Below, one piece after another: positions 46,202 through 55,295 of a DNA stretch of 64,000 bases. This DNA is from Oscillospiraceae bacterium. GTDB lineage: Bacteria > Bacillota > Clostridia > Oscillospirales > Ruminococcaceae. The translations under genes and the position numbers were made by a program. Within the stretch, counting starts at the first letter, position 1, and each line of letters opens with the position of its first letter. The stretch covers positions 4,333-68,332 of the forward strand of contig JAQXGE010000082.1 of the NCBI GenBank assembly GCA_029006135.1, in the 5' to 3' direction. Under the pieces are notes generated by a model. The model had not been told where the DNA came from. It saw only the letters and a program-made list of their open reading frames with translations, and did not search any database.

Positions 46202-47609
46202 CCAGATCAGTCTGGCCGCCAAGAACCTTTCGCGCCGCAAGGGCCGCACCGCGCTGACGGTCATCGGCGTCGTGGTCGGCACCTGCCTTATCGTGGTGAT
46301 GATCTCGCTGGGCATTGCCCAGAATCAGGCCAACGAGGAGATGCTGGCGTCCTGGGGCGATTTGACCCAGATTGAAGTGTACAACGGCGGCATGACGGCG
46401 AACGGCGAACAGGTCACGCTCAATGACGAGAGCCTTGAGAGCATCCGCGCCCTTGAACACGTGACCACTGCCACGCCGTTCTATCAGGCATACAATCTCA
46501 ACGGCTATGTGGCGGCAGGGCGCAGTGACCGGTATCAGATTACCCAGCTTTACCAGTTTGTCGGCCTTGCCCCCGAGGCAATGGAGCCGATGGGCTTTAC
46601 GCTGCTGGACGGCACCTGGCTGGATGATTCCACTTCCTATGGCAAGGACACGATTCCGGTCATCGTCTGCGAGAATACCGGCTACAATTTTGAGGACACC
46701 CGCAAGAGCCAAAACAGCCAGAAGCGCTACCGCTGGCAGGGCATGACCGATGCCAACGGCAACCCGCTGGAGCCTTTTGTGGATGTGAACAAGGACGATA
46801 TGACGCTGACCCTCGTTGCTCAGTCCGACACCGGCGCGGAAAAGACCCGCAGCTGGAAGCTGGAGGTCGTGGGCACGATTGCCAGCGACTACGCAAAGGG
46901 CTGGTGGACGGATTCCGGCATCGTGGTGCGCCTGAAAGATATGAAGATGCTGATGAAGGCCTACGGTGACCTGATTAAAGACCACAGTCTGACCCAGACC
47001 ACCACCTATGACCAGGTTTACGTCAAAGTGGACGATGTCAAGAATGTTGAGGATGTTGAGAACGCCATCCATGACATCGGCTTCACAAGTACCTGGTCGA
47101 GCACCCAGCAGCGCAACGATATGCAGCAGCAGGTCGCCCGCAGTCAGATGATTCTCGGCGGGCTGGCCGCCATGAGCTTGTTTGTATCGGCGCTCAACAT
47201 CATGAACACCATGACAATGGCCATCTACGAGCGAACGCGGGAGATTGGCATCATGAAGGTGCTGGGGTGTGAGCTGAGCGACATCCGCCGGATGTTCCTG
47301 ATGGAGAGCGGCTTTATCGGCTTCATCGGCGGCGTGATCGGCGACCTGATTGGTCTGCTGGTGAGTTTTATCCTCAACAATATCAGCACAATCCTTGCGG
47401 TGTTCGGCGCAAGCGGGTCACTGGACCTGTCCGGCCTGATGAACGGCGGGTACTATTACGGCGGAACATCCTCCGCCATCTCGGTCATTCCGCTCTGGCT
47501 CCTTGCCGCGGCACTGCTGTTCGCAACCCTCATCGGACTGCTTTCCGGCATCGGACCGGCCGGAAAAGCGGTCAAAATCAGTGCGCTTGAAGCAATTCGG
47601 CACGAGTGA
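46188..47609 (+). CDS. MacB/FtsX-family ABC permease
   Basis: RRKGRTALTVIGVVVG, large extracellular loop, ERTREIGIMKVLG, ALEAIRHE. Confidence 0.9.
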   Translation: MKISDQISLAAKNLSRRKGRTALTVIGVVVGTCLIVVMISLGIAQNQANEEMLASWGDLTQIEVYNGGMTANGEQVTLNDESLESIRALEHVTTATPFYQAYNLNGYVAAGRSDRYQITQLYQFVGLAPEAMEPMGFTLLDGTWLDDSTSYGKDTIPVIVCENTGYNFEDTRKSQNSQKRYRWQGMTDANGNPLEPFVDVNKDDMTLTLVAQSDTGAEKTRSWKLEVVGTIASDYAKGWWTDSGIVVRLKDMKMLMKAYGDLIKDHSLTQTTTYDQVYVKVDDVKNVEDVENAIHDIGFTSTWSSTQQRNDMQQQVARSQMILGGLAAMSLFVSALNIMNTMTMAIYERTREIGIMKVLGCELSDIRRMFLMESGFIGFIGGVIGDLIGLLVSFILNNISTILAVFGASGSLDLSGLMNGGYYYGGTSSAISVIPLWLLAAALLFATLIGLLSGIGPAGKAVKISALEAIRHE

Positions 47610-47623
47610 GAAAAAATTTGCAG

Positions 47624-47660
47624 CCCCTGCACCCTCTCCTGAGCGGGTGCAGGGGTTTTT
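47624..47660 (+). terminator. Intrinsic terminator after the permease
   Basis: CCCCTGCACCC..GGGTGCAGGGG followed by TTTTT. Confidence 0.7.
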
Positions 47661-47664
47661 ACTT

Positions 47665-48275
47665 GCAGCCCCGCCTTTGCGGGACGGTTCCTGTTATAAG
47701 GCAAGCATACTCCTATTGCCTTTGTGTTGCTTGCGGGAAATAGAGAAAAGCCTCCCCTTGAAGCAAGGGGTGAGCGAAGCGAAGGAGCGGGAGTGAATGA
47801 CAGTCCAGTGGACTGTCAGAGCCGCGACCGGATTTGCCGCAGCAAATTGTCGGCGGGAGCCGACTGAGGGGATTTAAGCCTTTCGGTAAGCTGCCATTTA
47901 TCTTCAACAGCACCTGCTGCCGCAGGCGGTACTCTTTTGTGACCAAAAGAGTACCCAGAAAAGTCTCGCTGTTCCGACGCAGCGAATCCGCGGCCAGGGG
48001 GCTTCGCCCCCTGGACCCCACGAATAAGGATGAAAATAATGAAATCCACCCCAAAGTCTACGACCGGACAGACTTTGGGACGGATTTCATTATTTTCGAT
48101 TAAATAACCGTCCCGCTGTCTGCGGGACGGTTCCTGACGTGAGATAAACGCTCTTGTGTATTTTGAAAGTTTGCGGGAGTAGAGAAAAGGCTCCCCTTTT
48201 TTATAAAGGGGAGCTGTCGGCGAGAGCCGACTGAGGGGATAAAATCCTTGCCGTAAACTCCCATTCATCTTTTTC
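47665..48275 (+). repeat. Structured intergenic repeat family, locus 6 (~1.3 head-to-tail units with module Y)
   Basis: GCGGGACGGTTCCTG at 47679 and 48122; full P1-P7 series between them. Confidence 0.92.
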
Positions 48276-48302
48276 TACATTCGCTCTTCCGCGCTTCCTC
48301 TC

Positions 48303-48353
48303 TTGACAAATACCCCCTGGGGGTATATAGTAAAGATACCCCCCCAGGGGTAT
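48303..48353 (+). promoter_or_regulatory. csoR-copA promoter with two CsoR operators
   Basis: TTGACA-N17-TATAGT; operators ATACCCCCTGGGGGTAT (48310-48326) and ATACCCCCCCAGGGGTAT (48336-48353). Confidence 0.85.
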
Positions 48354-48369
48354 TGAAGGAGGAGGCAAA

Positions 48370-48681
48370 ATGGAAGAAAACGCAAAGTGTCCGGCCTGCG
48401 CGGCGCGTAAAAAACAGCGCAGTGAGGAAGAATATAAGAATCTTATCCATCGGCTGAACCGCATTGAGGGGCAAATCCGGGGCATCCGCGGCATGGTGGA
48501 GCAGGATGCCTACTGTGTGGACATTCTGACCCAGTCGGCGGCGGCAACAGCGGCCATCAACGCATTCAACCGCGAACTTTTAGCGCAGCACATCCGCACC
48601 TGCGTGGCGGACGATATCCGCGCGGGGCGGGAGGAGACTGTGGATGAACTGGTCGATACCCTCCAAAAGCTGATGAAATAA
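48370..48681 (+). CDS. csoR: Copper-sensing repressor CsoR
   Basis: RLNRIEGQIRGI, YCVDIL, HIRTC (C-H-C ligands). Confidence 0.92.
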   Translation: MEENAKCPACAARKKQRSEEEYKNLIHRLNRIEGQIRGIRGMVEQDAYCVDILTQSAAATAAINAFNRELLAQHIRTCVADDIRAGREETVDELVDTLQKLMK

Positions 48682-48696
48682 CCGGAGGAATGCAAA

Positions 48697-51231
48697 ATGG
48701 AACAGTACAGCGTGACGGGCATGAGCTGCGCGGCGTGCAGTGCCCGTGTGGAAAAGGCGGTGTCCGCCGTGCCGGGCGTGACATCCTGTGCGGTGAGTTT
48801 GCTGACCAACTCTATGGGCGTGGAGGGTACCGCTGACCCCGCCGCCGTGGTGGCCGCCGTGGAACAGGCCGGTTACGGCGCATCGCTCAAAGGTGCAAAG
48901 GGGAGTGCGGGCAAGACTGCGCCGGACCCGCTTGCGGACCGTGAAACCCCGGCGCTTCGGCGCAGGCTGATCGCCTCCCTTGAATTTTTAATCGTATTGA
49001 TGTATTTTTCCATGGGGCACATGATGTGGGGCTGGCCGGTCCCGGCGTTTTTTGCTCACAACCACCTTGCGATGGCGCTGCTTGAGATGCTGCTCACCAT
49101 TGCTGTGATGGTGATCAACCAGAAGTTTTTCGTCAGCGGGTTCAAAAGCCTTTGGCATCGCGCACCCAACATGGATACGCTGGTGGCGCTCGGTTCGGCG
49201 GCGGCGTTCGGGTACAGCACAGTGGTGCTGTTCGGTATGACTGAGGCGCAGACCCGCGGCGACACCGAGGCGGTCATGCAGGGCATGATGGAACTGTATT
49301 TTGAGTCCGCCGCGATGATTCTGACCCTCATCACGGTGGGCAAAATGCTCGAGGCGCGCGCCAAGGGCAAGACCACCGATGCACTCAAAAGCCTGATGAA
49401 ACTCGCCCCGCAGTCCGCAGTGGTCGTTCGGGACGGCAGGGAACAGACTGTCCCGATTGAGCAGGTCCGTGAGGGGGATCTCTTTGTTGTGCGTCCCGGC
49501 GAGAATATTCCGGTGGACGGCGTGGTGGTCGAGGGCACAAGCACCATCAATGAGGCCGCCCTGACCGGTGAGAGCATCCCGGTGGACAAGGCCCCCGGCG
49601 ATACCGTGAGCGCCGCCACCATCAACCAGGCGGGGTTCATCCGCTGCCGTGCCACCCGCGTCGGGGAGGACACCACGCTCTCCCAGATTATCCGGATGGT
49701 CAGCGATGCGGCGGGCACCAAGGCACCGATTGCCAAGACGGCGGATAAGGTTTCAGGCATTTTCGTCCCGGCCGTCATCACGATTGCGGCCGTCACAACG
49801 GTTGTATGGCTTGCGCTCGGCCGCGATGTGGGCTTTGCGCTGGCACGGGGCATCAGCGTGCTGGTTATCAGCTGCCCCTGCGCGCTGGGACTGGCCACGC
49901 CGGTCGCCATCATGGTCGGCAGCGGCGCAGGAGCCAAAAACGGCATCCTGTTCAAGACGGCGGAGTCCCTTGAGCAGACCGGCAAGGTGGACATTGTGGC
50001 GCTGGACAAGACCGGCACCATCACCGCGGGTGAACCGCGCGTGACGGATATATTGCCCGCACCCGGCACAGAGCAGGCGGAACTGCTCGAAGCCGCCTTT
50101 GCGCTGGAACGGTGCAGCGAACACCCTCTTGCGCGGGCGGTCCTTGCCTACGGGCAGGAAAAAGCGCTTGCGCCCGAGGACGTGACCGACTTCGCCGCTC
50201 TGCCCGGCAACGGGCTGCGCGGGCGATGGAAAGGCAGGGACCTCTGCGGCGGCAGTGAGAGTTTTATGGCCGCCCAAACACAGCTGCCCGAAACCGTGCG
50301 CGAACAGGGGCGCAGACTGGCACAGCAGGGAAAAACGCCGCTCTATTTTGCGCTGGACGGCCGGGTTCTGGGGCTGATTGCCGTGGCGGACGTTATCCGG
50401 GAGGACAGCGCCCGCGCCGTGCGGGAGATGCAGAACATGGGGCTTCATGTTGTCATGCTCACCGGCGACAATGAGCGCACCGCGCGGGCCATCGGCGCCC
50501 AGGCCAGCGTGGACGAGGTCGTGGCCGGCGTGCTGCCGGACGGCAAGGAGGCCGTCATCCGGCAGCTGCAGCAGCGCGGAAAGGTGGCAATGGTCGGGGA
50601 CGGCATCAATGATGCCCCCGCCCTGACCCGGGCCGACATGGGGATTGCCATCGGCGCGGGCGCGGATGTGGCGGTGGATGCGGCGGATGTCGTGCTGATG
50701 AAGAGCCGCCTGAGCGATGTGCCTGCCGCCATCCGGCTGAGCCGTGCCGTGCTGCGCAACATCCACGAAAACCTGTTCTGGGCGTTTTTCTACAACACAA
50801 TCGGGATTCCGTTGGCGGCGGGCGTTCTGATTCCGCTTGGCCTGACCCTCAATCCGATGTTCGGCGCGGCGGCGATGAGCCTGTCGAGTTTCTGCGTTGT
50901 CTCCAATGCGCTGCGGCTCAACTGGTTCAAACTGTATGACCCCCGCCATGACCACAAAAGAAAACACGGCACCCCTGCCGCAAAGGCAGAAAATTCAACA
51001 CAGAAAAGTGAGGAAACAACGATGAAATGTACGATGAAAATCGAGGGCATGATGTGCCCCCACTGTGAAGCCACTGTCAAAAAGGCGCTTGAAGCTGTTC
51101 CCGGCGTCGAGGAAGCCGCTGTCAGCCACGAAGCCGGCACCGCCATCGTCACGATGAGCGCCGGAACCGACCGTGAAGCCCTGCGCGCCGCCGTTGAAGC
51201 CAAGGATTACACGGTCGTGGGGATGGAGTAA
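48697..51231 (+). CDS. copA: Copper-translocating P1B-type ATPase with N- and C-terminal HMA domains
   Basis: GMSCAAC, TGES, CPC, DKTGT, SEHP, GDGIND, YN/MSLSS, C-terminal GMMCPHC. Confidence 0.95.
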   Translation: MEQYSVTGMSCAACSARVEKAVSAVPGVTSCAVSLLTNSMGVEGTADPAAVVAAVEQAGYGASLKGAKGSAGKTAPDPLADRETPALRRRLIASLEFLIVLMYFSMGHMMWGWPVPAFFAHNHLAMALLEMLLTIAVMVINQKFFVSGFKSLWHRAPNMDTLVALGSAAAFGYSTVVLFGMTEAQTRGDTEAVMQGMMELYFESAAMILTLITVGKMLEARAKGKTTDALKSLMKLAPQSAVVVRDGREQTVPIEQVREGDLFVVRPGENIPVDGVVVEGTSTINEAALTGESIPVDKAPGDTVSAATINQAGFIRCRATRVGEDTTLSQIIRMVSDAAGTKAPIAKTADKVSGIFVPAVITIAAVTTVVWLALGRDVGFALARGISVLVISCPCALGLATPVAIMVGSGAGAKNGILFKTAESLEQTGKVDIVALDKTGTITAGEPRVTDILPAPGTEQAELLEAAFALERCSEHPLARAVLAYGQEKALAPEDVTDFAALPGNGLRGRWKGRDLCGGSESFMAAQTQLPETVREQGRRLAQQGKTPLYFALDGRVLGLIAVADVIREDSARAVREMQNMGLHVVMLTGDNERTARAIGAQASVDEVVAGVLPDGKEAVIRQLQQRGKVAMVGDGINDAPALTRADMGIAIGAGADVAVDAADVVLMKSRLSDVPAAIRLSRAVLRNIHENLFWAFFYNTIGIPLAAGVLIPLGLTLNPMFGAAAMSLSSFCVVSNALRLNWFKLYDPRHDHKRKHGTPAAKAENSTQKSEETTMKCTMKIEGMMCPHCEATVKKALEAVPGVEEAAVSHEAGTAIVTMSAGTDREALRAAVEAKDYTVVGME

Positions 51232-51253
51232 AAAGAACCCTGGGGGTTTTGCC

Positions 51254-51735
51254 TGCGGCGTGTGGAGCGCAGGCGCTAAATTATTAGGAAGTTAATTGGA
51301 TTAGAGATTCGGTTCTCCTTACACAGGGGAGCCGAATCCCCAATCCCGCAAACTTTCAAAATACACAAGAGAGTTTATTCCACGTCAGGAACCGTCCCGC
51401 TGAAGCGGGGCGGTTATTTAATCGAAAATTTGAAAATTCGTCCCAAAGACTGTCCGGTTGTAGTCTTTGGGGTGAATTTTCAAATTTTCATTCCTCTTTG
51501 GGGGTCTCGGGGGGCAGGCCCCCCGAGCCGGGGATCGCTGCGTCGGAACAGCGAGACTTTTCTGGGTACTCTTTTGGTCACAAAAGAGTACCGCCAGCGG
51601 CAGCGATTGTTATAAAAAATAAATGACAGTTTACCACAAGGTTCAAATCCCTTCCGTCTCGCTTCGCCGATCCACCTCAGTTCCGCGCTAAGAGACGGCT
51701 TTGCCGGCTGCGCTCCACTGAGCCGCTTGCGGCAG
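51254..51735 (-). repeat. Structured intergenic repeat family, locus 7 (reverse orientation, module X)
   Basis: Reverse complement of P2-P7 plus palindrome at ~51297-51346. Confidence 0.9.
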
Positions 51736-51770
51736 ATGTCATAAAAGCTGCCCGCTTTTCTAAACAAAAC

Positions 51771-51805
51771 CACCCCCGCCGGGTAAAACCCGGCGGGGGT
51801 GCATT
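51771..51805. terminator. Terminator at the end of the hydrogenase/hyp operon
   Basis: CACCCCCGCCGGGT-AAA-ACCCGGCGGGGGTG flanked by A/T runs. Confidence 0.7.
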
Positions 51806-51815
51806 TGGTTGGTGC

Positions 51816-52217
51816 TTATTTTTTGCCGTCGGCGCGGTTGTCGACGTTGGCGCTGCGCAGTTCGCTGAGGGGGGTGACGAGAATCTGCCCCTCGCCTTCC
51901 AGAAGATTGTCCGGCATAAAAAGACGCTTGGAGGTGTCCAGCCCCTCAAAAGTCATATCCATCAGCTCGGCAATCTCGCGCTCGGCCCACTGCGCCGCAA
52001 GGTCGTAGACGCTTTCGATGCTCGGAATGACGCGCTCGCCGCGCACCTCGTAGGAATCCACCTCGGGGCCGTTGGAGTAGTCATAGGTGATGACTGGCGT
52101 GCCGTCATCGTCCTCCCAGCCGTGAATCATGATGAGCTGTACGCCCGCCGCCCGCTTTTCCCGGGCAATGGGAAGAATCTGGTCCTTGGTGATGATGGTC
52201 TTTTTGTTCGTTTGCAT
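51816..52217 (-). CDS. NuoC/EchD/MbhK-like hydrogenase subunit
   Basis: IPSIESVY..AQWAEREIAELMDMTFEG motif of the complex I 30-kDa family. Confidence 0.8.
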   Translation of the reverse strand: MQTNKKTIITKDQILPIAREKRAAGVQLIMIHGWEDDDGTPVITYDYSNGPEVDSYEVRGERVIPSIESVYDLAAQWAEREIAELMDMTFEGLDTSKRLFMPDNLLEGEGQILVTPLSELRSANVDNRADGKK

Positions 52218-52242
52218 GGGAACACCTCATTTATCGTTTTTA

Positions 52243-53262
52243 TCAGCAGATTCGGGGGAGCTGGGCGCCGGCCAGCCGGGTCAGAACGCGGTGCGCGCCC
52301 AACTCGGTCCGGAGCACCACCCGGCCCGGAAATTCTTTGGTCACTTCGCCGATGCACACGGCGCCCTCGCCGCCCGGCAGTGCGTGCAGTGCGTCAAGGA
52401 TGGCGGGTGCGGATTCCGGCGCGGCCAGACAGAGCATCCGGCCCTCGTTGGCACAGTACAGCGGGTCAAGCCCCAGCAGTTCACAGGCGGCGCGGACTTC
52501 AGGACGTACCGGAATATCCCGCTCGAACAGGCAGATGCCAAAACTCTGCCCATCGGTAAACTCGTTCAGCGTGGTGGCAGCGCCGCCTCGGGTGGCGTCC
52601 CGCAGCACCCGCACGCCGCCCGCCGCACAGGCGGCCGCCGCCAGATGATGCAGTGCCATACAGTCACTGACAATGGGGCTTTCAAAGCCCGGCCCAAGGT
52701 CCGCACGGGCCAGCATGACCGCCGTGCCGTGGTCGCCGATCGGGCCGGTGACAAGGACTTTGTCGCCGGGGCGGATGGCGGCGGGGCTCAGCCCCGGCGT
52801 GTGCACCACGCCGATGCCGGCCGTGTTCAGGTAAACGCCGTCCCCGTGCCCGCGTTCCACAACTTTTGTGTCACCCGTGGCAATGCAGACCCCGGCCTCT
52901 TTTGCCGTGCGGGAAATAGATTCCACAATGCGGCGGAGCGAAGAAAAGGGAAAACCTTCCTCAAGAATCATCGAGAGGGAGAGCCAGCGCGGCTCGGCAC
53001 CGCACATGGCAAGATCATTCACCGTGCCGCAGACCGCCAGTTTGCCGATGTCCCCGCCTGGGAAAAACAGCGGCTGTACAACAAAACTGTCTGTCGAAAA
53101 CGCAAGCTGCTCGCCGGGAGCGGGCACAACGGCGCCGTCACCCAGCGCATCCAGCGCCGGGTTCGAGAACGCGGGGCGCAGCAGTGTGTCAATCAGTTCG
53201 GCGGTTTTTTCGCCGCCGCTGCCGTAATCCAGCGTCACAACACCATGTTCAAAGTCAATCAT
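52243..53262 (-). CDS. hypE: Hydrogenase maturation carbamoyl dehydratase
   Basis: STDSFVV.PLFFPGGDIG, TGDTKVV, RDATRGG, C-terminal LPRIC. Confidence 0.95.
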   Translation of the reverse strand: MIDFEHGVVTLDYGSGGEKTAELIDTLLRPAFSNPALDALGDGAVVPAPGEQLAFSTDSFVVQPLFFPGGDIGKLAVCGTVNDLAMCGAEPRWLSLSMILEEGFPFSSLRRIVESISRTAKEAGVCIATGDTKVVERGHGDGVYLNTAGIGVVHTPGLSPAAIRPGDKVLVTGPIGDHGTAVMLARADLGPGFESPIVSDCMALHHLAAAACAAGGVRVLRDATRGGAATTLNEFTDGQSFGICLFERDIPVRPEVRAACELLGLDPLYCANEGRMLCLAAPESAPAILDALHALPGGEGAVCIGEVTKEFPGRVVLRTELGAHRVLTRLAGAQLPRIC

Positions 53263-53265
53263 CGG

Positions 53266-54333
53266 TCATACCCTCCGGTATTTGTAGGCCGCGGCGCACG
53301 CGCCCTCGCCTGAGACCATGCACGGCCCCACCGGGTCGGCGGGCGTGCAGATTTTGCCGAACAGCGGACAGGATTCGGGCCGGACAGCGCCGCGCAGGAC
53401 TTCCCCGCAGCGGCAGCCCGGCGTCTCGGTGCCCTCACCGGGAACAAAACCGAACTTTTTTGCCGCATCGTACTCGGAAAATTCCGGGCGGATGGCCATG
53501 CCGCTGCCCGGAATCAGCCCAAGGCCGCGCCAGTAGTCATCCTTCGGTTCAAAAACCTGCTCCATGGCGGCGCGGGCAGCGGGATTGCCGTCCGCACGCA
53601 CGGCACGCGGGTAGTCGTTCAGCAAATCGGCCTGCCCTGCAGCGGCCATGCGGCAAAGGTCGCCCACGGCCCGCAGCAGATCGCCCGTCTCAAACCCGGC
53701 CACAACGGCCGGACGGTGATACTCCTGCGGCAGGAACCGGAACGCTTCCGCGCCCATGACCGTGGCCACATGACCGGGGCAAATCAGCCCGTCAATCACG
53801 CAGTCGGGGTCATTGAGGAGCGCGCGCAGCGCAGGTTCCGTGTATTTGCCCAAAGACAGGACGGAAAAATTGTGCAGCTTTTCCCGGCTTGCGGCCAGAA
53901 TGCAGGCGGCGGTGCCGGGGGCGGTCGTCTCAAACCCAACGCCGAGAAAAACAACCTGCCGCTCCGGGTCCTCCCGCGCGAGGGTTAAAGCATCGGCGGC
54001 GGAATAGACCATCCGGACGGCGGCGCCTTTTGCGCGGCAGGCCGCGAGCGTTTCGCCCCGGACGCTCCCCGGAACCCGCATGAGGTCGCCGAAGGTAGCA
54101 ATCACCACGCCGGGCGTCAGGCTCAGCTTGAGCACGGCGTCAATGGCGCCGGCCGGCGTGACGCAGACCGGGCACCCCGGCCCCGAGATAAGCTGTACCT
54201 GTGCGGGCAGCAGTTCCCGCAGCCCGGCGCGCGCGATGGACATCGTGTGGGTGCCGCAGATTTCCATCAGGCGCAGCGGGTGGGACTCGTCATGGCCGGG
54301 GAAGCTGGTGGGAAAATCAGGGATTCGCGGCAT
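53266..54333 (-). CDS. hypD: Hydrogenase maturation protein HypD
   Basis: MEICGTHT, GPGCPVC, GFETT, PGHV, C-terminal Cys cluster GPCMVSGEGAC. Confidence 0.95.
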   Translation of the reverse strand: MPRIPDFPTSFPGHDESHPLRLMEICGTHTMSIARAGLRELLPAQVQLISGPGCPVCVTPAGAIDAVLKLSLTPGVVIATFGDLMRVPGSVRGETLAACRAKGAAVRMVYSAADALTLAREDPERQVVFLGVGFETTAPGTAACILAASREKLHNFSVLSLGKYTEPALRALLNDPDCVIDGLICPGHVATVMGAEAFRFLPQEYHRPAVVAGFETGDLLRAVGDLCRMAAAGQADLLNDYPRAVRADGNPAARAAMEQVFEPKDDYWRGLGLIPGSGMAIRPEFSEYDAAKKFGFVPGEGTETPGCRCGEVLRGAVRPESCPLFGKICTPADPVGPCMVSGEGACAAAYKYRRV

Positions 54334-54541
54334 CAAGAACCTCCCGGTACGCCTCCCGGTCGGCTTCGGCCTGAACCGGGTCTACAATCTCAATGGCAAA
54401 GCCGGCGTGGACAAGAAGATAATCGCCGGGCTTGGCGGCGGGCACAAAATCCAGCCGAATTTTGCGCCGCACACCGTCAAATTCGCCGATGCCGTCATTC
54501 TCGCACCGCTCGATCAGTTGTAAAGGAACAGCAAGACACAT
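54317..54541 (-). CDS. hypC: Hydrogenase maturation chaperone HypC
   Basis: MCLAVP N-terminus; GDYLLVHAGFAI. Confidence 0.93.
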   Translation of the reverse strand: MCLAVPLQLIERCENDGIGEFDGVRRKIRLDFVPAAKPGDYLLVHAGFAIEIVDPVQAEADREAYREVLDAANP

Positions 54542-54667
54542 GATGGTAAGCCTTTCTGGATAAGAAAAAGAGGGAATGGGGTAAAGGGATTTTCCGCAGC
54601 GATGCGTAAACACCTCTTTAATCCCACATAGAAGAAAAAACTATAAAAGCAAGCTTAATCTTAAGGC

Positions 54668-55270
54668 GGAACCGTCCCGCCAAAGCGGGGCGGTTATTTA
54701 ATCGAAAATTTGAAAATCCGTCCCAAAGACTTTCCGGTCGTAGTCTTTGGGGTGGATTTTCAAATTTTCATACATCTTTGGGGGTCCAGGGGGGCTGGCC
54801 CCCTTGGTCGCGGTCCACTGCGTCGAAACAGTGGGACTTTTCTGGGTACTCTTTTGGTCACAAAAGAGTACCGCCCGCGGCAGCGGATGCTATAAAATAT
54901 ACACGGCAGGTTATGGCAAGGTTGACAGTCCCTCAGTCTCGCTATCGCGAGCCAGCTCAGTTCCGCGCTAAGAGCCGCCTGCGGCGGTTGCGCTCCACAC
55001 GCCGCTGCGGCGGCAGCCCTTGCACAGGGGAGCCGAATCTCTACTCCCGTTTTCTCCAGTAAATTTGGACGGTTGTGATTTACAAATCCGCTCCCGCTGA
55101 CAATTTGCTGCGGCAAATCCGGTCGCGGCTCTGACAGTCCACTGGACTGTCATTCACTCCCGCTCCTTCGCTTCGCTCACCCCTTACACAGGGGAGGCAG
55201 TCACTAATCCCATTAACGACGGAAAAATGGCGGCTACGCTCCACACACCGCGGCGGCAGCCCTTGCACAG
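54668..55270 (-). repeat. Structured intergenic repeat family, locus 8 (inside hyp operon; modules X and Y)
   Basis: Reverse complement of P1-P7 with module X (54959-55016) and module Y (55099-55185). Confidence 0.92.
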
Positions 55271-55295
55271 GCACGCCTTGGCGGGAAAACATCCC

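Noticed and set aside
53266-54336. Possible hypD truncation or frameshift at the N-terminus
   Set aside because: A GGGAGG RBS precedes the ATG and all HypD motifs are intact, so a short N-terminus is plausible.
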